DNA of 50,855 nt from Nitrososphaerota archaeon (GTDB lineage Archaea > Thermoproteota > Nitrososphaeria > Nitrososphaerales > UBA57). The notes under the pieces are model-generated. The model searched no databases, was not told the origin of the DNA, and saw nothing but the letters and a program-made list of their open reading frames with translations. The stretch lies in NCBI GenBank assembly GCA_027295865.1, contig JAPUKB010000081.1, forward strand, positions 1 through 50,855, given 5' to 3'. Position numbers and translations under genes: made by a program. This document shows positions 9,462 through 16,841 of the stretch, one piece after another; the first letter of the stretch is position 1, and the number at the start of each line of letters is the position of its first letter.

Positions 9462-9629
9462 ATGATTAAGGATGATGCGTCCATACGCGTAGATCGTTCC
9501 ATTTGGAAGATATTGAAGCGTTACGCCCTGGATAATGATCTCTCTCTAGGGGAAGCTGCTGATACCCTCCTTAAAGGAGGACTAAAATTAGAAGTGAAAT
9601 TAAAATCGAATCCTGAGAGAAAATCCTAA
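9462..9629 (+). CDS. Ribbon-helix-helix (CopG/Arc-like) small DNA-binding protein
   Basis: This 55-aa ORF falls below the track cutoff. The sequence MIKDDASIRVDRSIWKILKRYALDNDLSLGEAADTLLKGG fits the strand-helix-helix pattern, and an AT-rich promoter-like stretch lies upstream. Confidence 0.5.
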   Translation: MIKDDASIRVDRSIWKILKRYALDNDLSLGEAADTLLKGGLKLEVKLKSNPERKS

Positions 9630-9649
9630 TATTGATTTGTAAAATATGC

Positions 9650-10182
9650 CTACACAAGAAGGGGTTACCTACACCTGTAGGATGTACTTGTTCGTGTCAC
9701 CACTAACTAAGGTGTTTTGATATTCCATACAAAAATCCTGAAGATATAGGAAAATATTATCGGGCCCATAGACAGCAAATATTAGAGAGAGTTCATGTCT
9801 ATGGATTAGACCATAAAGAAGAGATACGAGCGTGAACGGACCAGCACGAAAAATGAATACCTAGGTTCATTTGGTAGAATTATCTGTTCTGAGTGTGGTA
9901 AACCTGGACCAAGCGCAAGGTATAGGAGTCATAATGGTAGGGATAACAAATGGATTAGCAACATTATTGTTAGGGTTAGTCATGCCATTGCCAACCACAA
10001 AACAATTTACCACTATCAGAAATCCTAGAGATAAAATGAAGCCTTGGGAAAGAAGAGATTGGAGAATTAGGAGGGAAGAATATATCTCCAAGCATGGAGG
10101 GTATTGCGATGCCTGTCGTCCTATCTCCCTTCAAGCTTTTAGATTGAGTGTTTGTCCAGTTTGTGAGCCCTTAGTTCCTTGA
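9650..10182 (+). pseudogene. Frame-broken remnants of an HNH/zinc-finger-type element gene
   Basis: Protein-like segments sit in different frames and are separated by stops: DIPYKNPEDIGKYYRAHRQQILERVHVYGLDHKEEIRA; GRIICSECGKPGPSARYRSHNGRDNKW; KPWERRDWRIRREEYISKHGGYCDAC (which resembles the W..R..v..RDgg.C..C start of HNH nucleases). Confidence 0.3.
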
Positions 10183-10353
10183 CGGTATTGAAATTAACAG
10201 TAGGATGACATTGGACACATGTCTTCCAGTTAGGATTGCGTTCTCTCCTTCCCCCCTCACCCATCCTTCCCATGGGTTATTCACTCATTTCCTTGTAGAC
10301 CATAAAATGTACTGAACCATGACTATTTTAGGGGCTTTGGACCCTAACGTATG

Positions 10354-10370
10354 AATCCCCTCGGCCGCAT
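10354..10370 (+). repeat. Direct repeat copy 2 (AATCCCCTCGGCCGCAT); attR-like
   Basis: It is identical to 8973-8989. An AGGGG at 10330-10334 also echoes the 5' half of the T stem. Confidence 0.65.
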
Positions 10371-10414
10371 CTCATTTCGTTAGGAAAATAACCCACCCTG
10401 ATGTAGACAAAATC

Positions 10415-10422
10415 TTAAATTG
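10415..10422 (+). promoter_or_regulatory. Candidate TATA box for tRNA-Phe
   Basis: CTTAAATT lies 26-33 nt upstream of the tRNA 5' end at 10448. Confidence 0.3.
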
Positions 10423-10447
10423 TAACCAAGTCTGATTCGTCGATTAG

Positions 10448-10570
10448 GCCGAGGTAGCTCAGCCTGGGAGAGATGGATCAACAATGCTACTCCAACACCC
10501 GGCTGAAGACCGGGCATGGTATATGCGAGATACCACCGGAATGTCGCCGGTTCAAGTCCGGCCCTCGGCA
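10448..10570 (+). tRNA. tRNA-Phe (anticodon GAA) with two candidate non-canonical introns (about 10473-10495 in the D arm and about 10516-10541 in the variable region)
   Basis: The acceptor stem is GCCGAGG/CCTCGGC, the anticodon arm CCCGG-CTGAAGA-CCGGG and the T arm GCCGG-TTCAAGT-CCGGC, with discriminator A. Removing the 23-nt and 26-nt inserts restores GCTC-AGCCTGGGA-GAGC and a CTGTC variable loop. Confidence 0.75.
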
Positions 10571-10608
10571 CCTTCACGTCTACCCCTGTCGCATGTTGGC
10601 GTTTTTAG

Positions 10609-11499
10609 CTAAAGATTGGAAAATTCTCTGAATGAAATGATCTCTCGGTGCACGTCTTGCAGGGCAATCAATTCTAGCTCTATGTATTCAGGCCTGGGGG
10701 AAAATGATCGAGCTTGATCTATTAATAATTCCCCTCGTTCGATCAAGATCTCGGCCTGATCAAGGAGATTTCTCCATCGATCAATCTCAGGGATGGCAGG
10801 GGGCGATTCAAGAGTTTCAAATTCCTCAAGAACAGTGTAGAAGAGCAATAGGGCATCTACTCTCGTAATTGTAGCTTGAACTCCGAGAGAGAAAGCGGAT
10901 GAGTAATTGATTGCCACGGATCCTTCATGAAAAGCGGAAATCTCGGATAGCTCATCCAACTGCTGAATTCGAACTAAGAGACTTTCCTTCACGTATACGA
11001 ATATTTCACGAGCCTCTCCCAATTCTGACAGGGCAGATGAGAATTCGACATTTCTGGCAGATTCTCTGGCATCAAAATACTTCCTCTGTGCTTCGGAGGG
11101 AAGACTGTAGCTCTGAGCTATCTCGTTCAAGATTTTTTCTGATAGAGTGAGTGCACGCTGAGTGGACACAACCAACTGCCTTTGGAGACCAAGCTCCGCA
11201 TTCCCTGCGCTTAATTCCCTCCCAAGGGATCGTATGACGCTGTTTGTTCTATCTAGTTCAATAGATAGAGCAGATACCTTCCCCTTTTCAGATTCAAGAT
11301 CACTGTCAGCCTCACCGAGATCACTATTTAGAGAGTCGATTCTCCTTTCACTTTCCCCCAATAAGAGCTCAAGCTGGTTCACCTCATCCCGTAAGGATGT
11401 CTCAGCAGGAGTGAAAATTGAATTCGCATATGAATAGCCAATACCCGACCCGAGGAGCGATCCAATGAGTACTAGGACTACGGTTCCGGAAGTAGCCAT
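10609..11499 (-). CDS. Membrane-anchored coiled-coil protein, function unknown
   Basis: An N-terminal TM segment (GTVVLVLIGSLLGSGIGY) is followed by a heptad-rich segment (LRDEVNQLELLLGESERRIDSLNSDL...). Confidence 0.55.
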   Translation of the reverse strand: MATSGTVVLVLIGSLLGSGIGYSYANSIFTPAETSLRDEVNQLELLLGESERRIDSLNSDLGEADSDLESEKGKVSALSIELDRTNSVIRSLGRELSAGNAELGLQRQLVVSTQRALTLSEKILNEIAQSYSLPSEAQRKYFDARESARNVEFSSALSELGEAREIFVYVKESLLVRIQQLDELSEISAFHEGSVAINYSSAFSLGVQATITRVDALLLFYTVLEEFETLESPPAIPEIDRWRNLLDQAEILIERGELLIDQARSFSPRPEYIELELIALQDVHREIISFREFSNL

Positions 11500-11537
11500 G
11501 AAGGATTGGCTCTGAACTCCGATAATAAGGTTATGAG

Positions 11538-12305
11538 TTGACCCAAATTGAAGATGTGAGAATGTTAATACAGGATCACGAAAGTGAGTTTAGGATGAAT
11601 GTAAAAGTCCTCGCTCTTGATCTCGATGGAACAGTGTTTGGAAGAGGACCATTGAACCTAGAGGAGGTCGTGCTGTTAAGGAAACTCCAGGCCCGAGGGA
11701 TCGGGATTGTCCTCTGCTCTGGAAGAACGCTTCATTATGTAATGGGTATCGCAAGATGCATCGGAACAACGGGGCCGCTCGTTTGCGAAGAAGGTACAAT
11801 AGTATATGACCAAAATCACCATCGGAAGATCATCAATGGTGACATCACCAAAATTCGAGAACTCAGGGAAAGTATGCACAGACTGCTACCATTGTGCAGA
11901 ATCCCTAGGGAGTCGCACCATGACAAGGAAGTTATCCTCGCACTAGACAGAGAACCCCGGATAGATCTGGACACGTTTGAAACAGAAATCAAACAAGTCC
12001 TAGAGAGGAACCGCCTTGATCTCAACGTCACGAGCTCGGATGAGATGATAAACGTAATTCCTGCCGGGATCGACAAGGGCTTCGGGCTCCAAACAGCTCT
12101 CAGCATGATGGGTTTGAGGGAAGAAGGCATAATTGCAATTGGAGACGCGCCAAATGATATTCCACTTCTGAAGAGGGCGAACTATGCCGCAGCTGTTGCA
12201 AACGCGCACCCGAGAGTTAAAGAAATCGTTGACTTTGTTTCGAGATTTGATGATGGGGAAGGAGTATCTGAGCTTGCACAACATATACTTGATAACAAAA
12301 TATAG
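11538..12305 (+). CDS. HAD-IIB (Cof/SPP-like) sugar-phosphate phosphatase
   Basis: It contains LALDLDGTV, LCSGR, AGIDKG and IGDAPNDIPLL. The true start may be the internal MNVKVL. Confidence 0.75.
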   Translation: MTQIEDVRMLIQDHESEFRMNVKVLALDLDGTVFGRGPLNLEEVVLLRKLQARGIGIVLCSGRTLHYVMGIARCIGTTGPLVCEEGTIVYDQNHHRKIINGDITKIRELRESMHRLLPLCRIPRESHHDKEVILALDREPRIDLDTFETEIKQVLERNRLDLNVTSSDEMINVIPAGIDKGFGLQTALSMMGLREEGIIAIGDAPNDIPLLKRANYAAAVANAHPRVKEIVDFVSRFDDGEGVSELAQHILDNKI

Positions 12306-12350
12306 TTCATTACAGAAAACTTTTCTATAGTCTGATCCTAAGAGACTAAT

Positions 12351-12659
12351 ATGGAAATAGAGAAATGGGATAACTCTTGGGGGGAATTGACTGAAAGTAA
12401 AATGCGGGAGAGACTCACAAAGGAAGGCTATACTGTCTTGAGATATACCTATCAACCAGGGACTGTTTTCGCAGACCATTCTCATCCCGTCGATAAGAAA
12501 GACACTGTGTTAACAGGAACATTTCGAATGAGGGCATTTGGAAAAGAGTTCATGCTAGAGGCTGGTGATATGCTTCTGGTGAGGGCAAACACAATACATA
12601 GTGCTGAGGTTGTGGGCGATCAGCCTGTCGTTAGTTTAGATGCGACTAGGCTTGTCTAA
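12351..12659 (+). CDS. Cupin-domain protein
   Basis: The 102-aa product has FADHSHPVDKKDTVLTG...AGDMLLVRANTIHSAEV, the two cupin motifs. Confidence 0.7.
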   Translation: MEIEKWDNSWGELTESKMRERLTKEGYTVLRYTYQPGTVFADHSHPVDKKDTVLTGTFRMRAFGKEFMLEAGDMLLVRANTIHSAEVVGDQPVVSLDATRLV

Positions 12660-12710
12660 GCCCGCACAAGAATTTCTCGTTGTAAGTTCAAGTAAGATGA
12701 ACGATCTTTC

Positions 12711-13874
12711 CTAGACGCCCCAACTCTTCGGAGTCATCGGCTCCTTCTTGCGGAAGCTGCCGTTAGATTTCTTGGCCCTAAGTTTTTCTACCATTTTTGC
12801 CTTTTCCGTGAGCCTATTGATCACTTCTATCTCGTGCAACCCGGAGAACATGACTACACTTGACAGTGATTTTGACATTGGCATCGGGTAGTCACCACCT
12901 CGGACCTCGGCTCCGGCTGTGACTTGTTCCAACCAAACACGGGCCTTGTCAATCCCCTGTCGGGAGATCTCTGATGGGGTCCCTGATACTATGAACATTG
13001 CTTTAGTGGCTGATGCGTAATTACACTCAGATGAAAGCATACCATTGGCCGCGTCTTGAATCAGAGAGAAACAGCGCGTGGTAGGATCAAGATCTTGAAC
13101 TGAGTGCCTCTTGAGGAATGGGAGGATCTTCTTTCCGACGTCCTTCACGACGGCGACACTTGACTTCTGCCAACCGCTATATCCCATAGTGACATAACCA
13201 GTTGTGGAATAGATAATATCAGATGCGTCAACGACTTTTACTCCGACTCTCGATGAAGAAGTCACCTCTCCCGCGCCTAGGAGAGTTAGGAATGGATCCA
13301 CGATCCTGTTATTCATTTCAATATACGTGTCCTTCATTGATAGGCCAGATGACTGCCAGATCTGGTTGTCCCAGAGGAAAATGGCATCGGCCTCTTCACT
13401 CATATTATGAAGACTCTTCGCGGCATTAAACGCCATAAGCTGGCCTTCGTCTTCTGATGGTAGGAGAGCGAGGGCGTACACTGGCTCACTATAGCTTTCT
13501 TTCAGAGCTCTTGCAATAATCGAAGAACCGCCGGAACCAGTACCTCCACCCATACCGGCAATTACAAGGAAAGCATCTATGTTATGCGTTCCATGCCGAC
13601 TAATCGCTCTCTTGATAAAATGAATGTCTTCTTCTGCCACTCGAGCTCCAAGGTCTGGGTTTCCGCCGGCTCCATGACCCTTAACTCGTGTTTGTCCGAT
13701 TAGGACTCTGCTGTCCATGGGAACATTCTTCAATCCCATTAGATCAGACTTTGCGGTATTGATGGCAATTGTGAATGGTAAAACACTCTTGTGCGAGGAC
13801 CATTCGTTCCTTGCCACAAATCTATCAACTACACTTCCTCCTCCCTGTCCGACTCCGATCAGCCCCAATCGCAA
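12711..13874 (-). CDS. cetZ: Tubulin/FtsZ-superfamily protein, CetZ type
   Basis: It contains LIGVGQGGGSVVDRF, AINTAKSDL, VKGHGAGGNPDLG and the T4 loop GMGGGTGSG. The start is TTG. Confidence 0.85.
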   Translation of the reverse strand: MRLGLIGVGQGGGSVVDRFVARNEWSSHKSVLPFTIAINTAKSDLMGLKNVPMDSRVLIGQTRVKGHGAGGNPDLGARVAEEDIHFIKRAISRHGTHNIDAFLVIAGMGGGTGSGGSSIIARALKESYSEPVYALALLPSEDEGQLMAFNAAKSLHNMSEEADAIFLWDNQIWQSSGLSMKDTYIEMNNRIVDPFLTLLGAGEVTSSSRVGVKVVDASDIIYSTTGYVTMGYSGWQKSSVAVVKDVGKKILPFLKRHSVQDLDPTTRCFSLIQDAANGMLSSECNYASATKAMFIVSGTPSEISRQGIDKARVWLEQVTAGAEVRGGDYPMPMSKSLSSVVMFSGLHEIEVINRLTEKAKMVEKLRAKKSNGSFRKKEPMTPKSWGV

Positions 13875-13999
13875 CTTGGATTCACTGACCAGGTATCTAA
13901 GATGTGATGTAAAGAGCGCTGTTATGTAGCACGTGTAACAGACAGACAGTCACTAGCTAAATTTCTAAAAGAATTGAGTTACAAAAATCAGCTCTGCAG

Positions 14000-14404
14000 T
14001 TACTGGATGAATATTGAGATCTGCTCTTGAAGAAGACCTTTTCCTTGCCTCAAATCAGAAACCTCTCTGTCCAAAGCATCTGCAGCACTCTCTAACTTGA
14101 GGAGCTCGAGCTTTTCTCTTAGCCTGCTGTTTTCCTCCTTAAGGATTGAGCTGCGAGCCAATAATTCTTCATTCATTCTTTTTGCGTTTTCATAATCCTT
14201 CCTAAGTTCGGAAAAATCATCATGCCTCACTATCTCAAGCTTCTGACTGGAAGTAGTGAAAGGAAACTTAACGTAACAATGGCTACATTCATAAATTCCG
14301 ACCTTGTTTCCATCGAAAATTTTCTTCCTATCCATGTCACCGTAGATGGAGAGGGTCTTCAGCGGCGAATGGACCTTAGTTCCGCAAGAAGGACAGATGG
14401 CCAA
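14000..14404 (-). CDS. Zinc-ribbon plus coiled-coil protein, function unknown
   Basis: CPSCG...(40 aa)...CSHC is followed by the heptad segment NEELLARSSILKEENSRLREKLELLKLE. Confidence 0.55.
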   Translation of the reverse strand: MAICPSCGTKVHSPLKTLSIYGDMDRKKIFDGNKVGIYECSHCYVKFPFTTSSQKLEIVRHDDFSELRKDYENAKRMNEELLARSSILKEENSRLREKLELLKLESAADALDREVSDLRQGKGLLQEQISIFIQ

Positions 14405-14421
14405 CTTTAGGATGAGTTGAG

Positions 14422-14799
14422 TCAGGATAGTTGGTCTTCGACCTTGGAGATAACTTCCTCGGGCTGACTCGCATTTCCATTATGCCTAGGCGTGCTAGGA
14501 TTGGCGGTATCTGAGTTGCTAGACGAGGCAGGCTCATTCTCTGGGCTGGAATTTGGATCACCTTCTATCGAGATTCCCGAATCGTATCGAGAGATCTCCT
14601 CCTCAATGAGAGCTTTTTCTGAATGGAGAGCCGCGATTTCGCCCTCGATGGTCCTAGCTTTCTGCTCGAGCCTTAATGCAGTAAGTTTTTCCTTCAATAC
14701 GGGCATCTGTATTGTTAGAGAGTTTCGCTCTAAATCTAGCTTCGAGATTCTGGCTTCCAGATGTGCTTTCGTTTCGGAGAATGATAGGGTCTCTTCCAA
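14422..14799 (-). CDS. Coiled-coil protein with a disordered Ser/Pro/Asn-rich tail, function unknown
   Basis: It has a TTG start and the coiled-coil segment LEARISKLDLERNSL...LTALRLEQKARTIEGEIAALHSEKALIEEEI. Its stop lies 17 nt upstream of the next gene. Confidence 0.45.
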   Translation of the reverse strand: MEETLSFSETKAHLEARISKLDLERNSLTIQMPVLKEKLTALRLEQKARTIEGEIAALHSEKALIEEEISRYDSGISIEGDPNSSPENEPASSSNSDTANPSTPRHNGNASQPEEVISKVEDQLS

Positions 14800-14894
14800 A
14801 CTAATTTCACCTATGTAATTGACTTAGGTGAGGCCAAATTTTACCATATAGGATGAAATTTCTTGATCGGAGTATAAAAGAAAATTAAGTGACG

Positions 14895-15203
14895 CTAACC
14901 CTTCAAGAATCCGAGAGCAAATCCTGCTACGAACGCCCCTGCGAAAGGGATATTTGCGATAAGAAATGAAGGTATGCTGAACTGGCCAGCGCTACCGACC
15001 AAATTCTGAGCATACTCTATAAGCCTGTCATAGTTAATCTGTATTATTCCGATATAAGCCAAGTACTGCAGACCTACAAAAAGCAAACCAAGAAGGATCG
15101 CGGCCAACTTTGCTATTTTCTTAAGGGCGAACCCGACAATGAATCCTCCGATTCCCCCAACCCCCAGCTGTGTCGTTAAAGGACCTAAGAGCTCGGAACT
15201 CAA
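14895..15203 (-). CDS. FUN14-family small membrane protein
   Basis: It has Gly-rich TM segments: GVGGIGGFIVGFALKKIAKLAAILLG and the C-terminal FAGAFVAGFALGFLKG. Confidence 0.55.
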   Translation of the reverse strand: MSSELLGPLTTQLGVGGIGGFIVGFALKKIAKLAAILLGLLFVGLQYLAYIGIIQINYDRLIEYAQNLVGSAGQFSIPSFLIANIPFAGAFVAGFALGFLKG

Positions 15204-15256
15204 GTGTCAGAGGGATCTAAGGCGGGTGGAATTAATCCTTTCGTTCCGTCTCAAGG

Positions 15257-15341
15257 CGCCGGGAGTGGGATTCGAACCCACGATTCCTTTCGGAGACAGG
15301 GTTAGCAACCCTGCGCCCTAACCAGGCTAGGCGACCCCGGC
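15257..15341 (-). tRNA. tRNA-Ser (anticodon GCU), class II with a long variable arm
   Basis: The reverse complement reads GCCGGGG TC GCCT AGCCTGGTTA GGGC G CAGGG TTGCTAA CCCTG TCTCCGAAAGGAATC GTGGG TTCGAAT CCCAC TCCCGGC G. Confidence 0.9.
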
Positions 15342-15406
15342 ACGCGATCAAACAGTTATAGATAATTACTATATCTATAAATGTCCGCCTCAGATATATC
15401 GTTCCA

Positions 15407-15559
15407 GTGGGTAAGCATACTTGCTCAGGTTGTGGAAGCTCGTACCACATCAATCCCGATGTGGATTTTGAATTCGCTTGTCCTAAGTGTGGATTAGTTG
15501 AAGAAACTCGCATGGTAGGCCAAAAGAGTGGTCGGTGGACCAATCTCTCAGATAGTTGA
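15407..15559 (+). CDS. Possible 50-aa zinc-ribbon protein (below the ORF-track cutoff)
   Basis: A GTG start gives GKHTCSGCGSSYHINPDVDFEFACPKCGLVEE... An AT-rich TATA-like stretch lies at 15360-15380, and a perfect 7-bp hairpin (GGAGAGG-AGGTAA-CCTCTCC) lies at 15604-15623 downstream. Confidence 0.35.
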   Translation: MGKHTCSGCGSSYHINPDVDFEFACPKCGLVEETRMVGQKSGRWTNLSDS

Positions 15560-15656
15560 GAGGGAGCTGACCTTGGAAGAATCAAGTGGTCCTCCCCATT
15601 CCAGGAGAGGAGGTAACCTCTCCGAGCATTGAGGACGATTCCTCTAGTACTGGATG

Positions 15657-15660
15657 AAAA
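15657..15660 (-). terminator. Oligo-T run immediately after the SRP RNA 3' end
   Basis: The minus strand reads ...GCCGCCATCC TTTT CATCC. Archaeal terminators are T-runs. Confidence 0.35.
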
Positions 15661-15980
15661 GGATGGCGGCAGCCCCCTTAGGGTTCATGCAGCAGTCAGC
15701 TCCTTCTCCATACCATCTGAATCCTTCACGTAGACGCAATAGCGCAGCTGCCCTACTCTACGGATGCTCCCTCCCGGACCTGTCCGATTTCAGTAGTTGA
15801 AGAGTCACCCTTCCCTTCGAAAGGGCTATCTCTTGCAACCGCCCACTGCGGCGTGAGTTCATACCAGCAGAAATGGGAGGCTCACCACCTGCCACATTTT
15901 AGCTTAGGGTTACTGGCGCCGCGTATAGCCGGTTTCGGCATGGGGGACGGCTATCCCCCCAACCCTACCTACCGCCGAGT
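15661..15980 (-). ncRNA. ffs: Signal recognition particle RNA (7S / SRP RNA)
   Basis: The minus strand starts ACTCGGCGGTAGGTAGGGTTGGGGGGATAGCCGTCCCCCATGCCGAAACCGG, similar to my recollection of archaeal SRP RNA 5' domains. It also contains the helix-8-type motif CAGGTCCGGGAGGGAGCA, and the 3' segment GGCTGCCGCC pairs with the 5' GGCGGTAG. Confidence 0.75.
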
Positions 15981-15997
15981 GATCTTCAGCGAAGAGG

Positions 15998-16006
15998 CTA
16001 TATTTG
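15998..16006 (-). promoter_or_regulatory. Candidate TATA box for the SRP RNA
   Basis: CAAATATAG on the minus strand lies roughly 20-26 nt upstream of the inferred RNA 5' end. Confidence 0.4.
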
Positions 16007-16242
16007 TTTGACTGAGTGACCATTACTCTCTAGATAGCCGATGGTCGCGGATGCTGGAGATGGTCTCTGTGCAGGTGTTGAGAATAATGACATTCAAGGC
16101 ATAAAGGTTCGTGGCAATGTCTGCACGTAGCGACTGCTCTCCGTTCAGGATGAATCGTACAGTTCAATAGGAGATTATTGGCATTCTGCTATTTATCGAT
16201 CCCGTCCTCTTGCCGGGTTTTTCAGCACATCTCTCGGATTCA

Positions 16243-16776
16243 TTACCGTCTCTTTTGAGTTGGAGGAGAAGACTTCCCGGCAATGCGATGCTTCAACCTT
16301 TCCAGAGCCCCGAAAACTGGCCCTATGAAACCTGAAACCTTAATACGCTTTAGGACTGGGACAACCATAAGAATTCCGGCCCTCTCCCTGTTCCCCACCA
16401 CGACCTCCTTGAAAGCCCTAAGGGGAGCATATTTCGAGAGGGTAACTTTATCGGTCTCATTTTCCCAGAAGAAAACGAGAATCAATGCAGCCGCCACAAT
16501 TAGTGGTGGGAGACCTAGCGGAAGTGCCACCTCGGCGATTATAGTCTGCATAATCGGCGCTCCCTTGACTGGATCAAGCAGAGCTACCAGAAACAGATTA
16601 ACTGCCTGAAACGCCCCGGCAGTACCTAAAGTGATTCCGGCTGCCTCGAAGGCTGGGGGGAGCGTGAGAAACAGTAGGGGGAAGACCAAGAATGGAAGAA
16701 AAAGTAGAAGCCAGAATACGAGTTCTACGACAGATCTCAACCATGACTCTAATTCGAAGTGCCCTCCGTAGGTCAA
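16243..16776 (-). CDS. Hypothetical polytopic membrane protein
   Basis: The 177-aa product has about 4 hydrophobic segments. I recognise no family. Confidence 0.45.
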   Translation of the reverse strand: MTYGGHFELESWLRSVVELVFWLLLFLPFLVFPLLFLTLPPAFEAAGITLGTAGAFQAVNLFLVALLDPVKGAPIMQTIIAEVALPLGLPPLIVAAALILVFFWENETDKVTLSKYAPLRAFKEVVVGNRERAGILMVVPVLKRIKVSGFIGPVFGALERLKHRIAGKSSPPTQKRR

Positions 16777-16841
16777 TTCATCAGTCGCGTGTCGTTTAAC
16801 GATTTTAAGTTTTCGCTTACGTTTGGACGCCTGTAGTGGGC

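Larger units (their letters stand above)
8989..10370. mobile_element. Putative decayed integrated element next to tRNA-Gly
   Basis: The region is bounded by 17-bp direct repeats of the tRNA 3' end and is visibly AT-richer than its flanks. It holds only small ORFs (a Zn-ribbon protein and an RHH protein) and frame-broken HNH-like fragments. No integrase is present. Confidence 0.4.

Noticed and set aside
10330-10369. The tRNA-like 3' fragment (AGGGG ... AATCCCCTCGGCCGCA) was considered as a split-tRNA half or a tRNA with a T-loop intron.
   Set aside because: No matching 5' half (acceptor strand, D arm or anticodon arm) is present upstream. The exact 17-bp identity to the tRNA-Gly 3' end is better explained as an att-site duplication.
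10380-10577. A 65-aa minus-strand ORF in the track.
   Set aside because: It lies entirely antisense to the tRNA-Phe gene, so it is an artefact of the structured GC-rich RNA gene.
15232-15585. A 117-aa minus-strand ORF in the track.
   Set aside because: It overlaps the tRNA-Ser gene (15257-15341) and an AT-rich promoter region. It has no protein-like motifs and is most likely spurious.
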